From Betaproteobacteria bacterium (GTDB lineage Bacteria > Pseudomonadota > Gammaproteobacteria > Burkholderiales > Burkholderiaceae_E), in contig VGHA01000004.1 in the NCBI GenBank assembly GCA_016868375.1, positions 10,081-74,080 of the forward strand: a DNA stretch of 64,000 nt, read 5' to 3'. Numbering within the stretch: position 1 is the stretch's first letter. More notes on this DNA, generated by a model. It made no database searches. It was given only the letters and a program-made list of their open reading frames with translations, and was not told the DNA's origin. The DNA is not shown here.

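Noticed and set aside
27324-64000. Two-partner secretion (TpsA/FHA-type) or autotransporter as the export route for the giant protein.
   Set aside because: FHA-like beta-helix repeats are present, but no TpsB/Omp85 gene, TPS domain or C-terminal beta-barrel is visible. The N-terminus is outside the window, so a TPS domain cannot be excluded. This remains an alternative and is not asserted.
14900-64000. Recent horizontal acquisition of the giant-gene locus.
   Set aside because: By eye, GC content and GC3-rich codon usage match the flanking housekeeping genes. There are no mobility genes or flanking repeats. A formal composition analysis was not possible here.

Overview
High-GC chromosomal segment. 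Synteny and codon style look betaproteobacterial, which is inference only. All domain calls were made by eye, with no HMM or BLAST runs. Domain coordinates inside the giant gene are approximate (tens of nt).

The window has two parts.

(1) 1-14.8 kb is ordinary housekeeping backbone: dsbA, a SPOR-domain gene, argS, an acyl-CoA synthetase, thioredoxin, metC, tRNA-Arg(CCG), a cytochrome c5-like gene, a Rep/UvrD helicase, priA, hemE and a TPP-dependent enzyme.

(2) 14.9-64 kb is one minus-strand gene array. It is dominated by a single uninterrupted ORF of at least 12,221 codons (27324 to the window edge, N-terminus outside the window). The product is a cysteine-free, modular surface-protein-like giant. 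Its modules include about 12 discoidin-like domains, 5 PA14-like domains, a LamG-like domain, Asp-box/BNR-like blocks, an internal RTX-like block and an 8.8 kb FHA/S-layer-like beta-helix repeat region.

Immediately downstream, tightly packed and partly ATGA-overlapped, lie:
- a TolC-family outer membrane factor
- a HlyD-type adaptor
- a GAF-HlyD fusion
- an M50 (site-2 protease-like, intact HExxH) fused to HlyD
- a C-terminally truncated SecA-like ATPase
- a SapC-family protein
- a second cysteine-free, signal-less repetitive protein whose frame continues through an in-frame TAG

No ABC, RND or MFS transporter is visible in the window.

Main hypothesis: this is an undescribed TolC-dependent export and processing machine. 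A SecA-like motor and an M50-HlyD membrane protein would replace the ABC component of a type I system, and the machine would serve the adjacent giant protein.

No mobile elements, CRISPR arrays or rRNA were seen.
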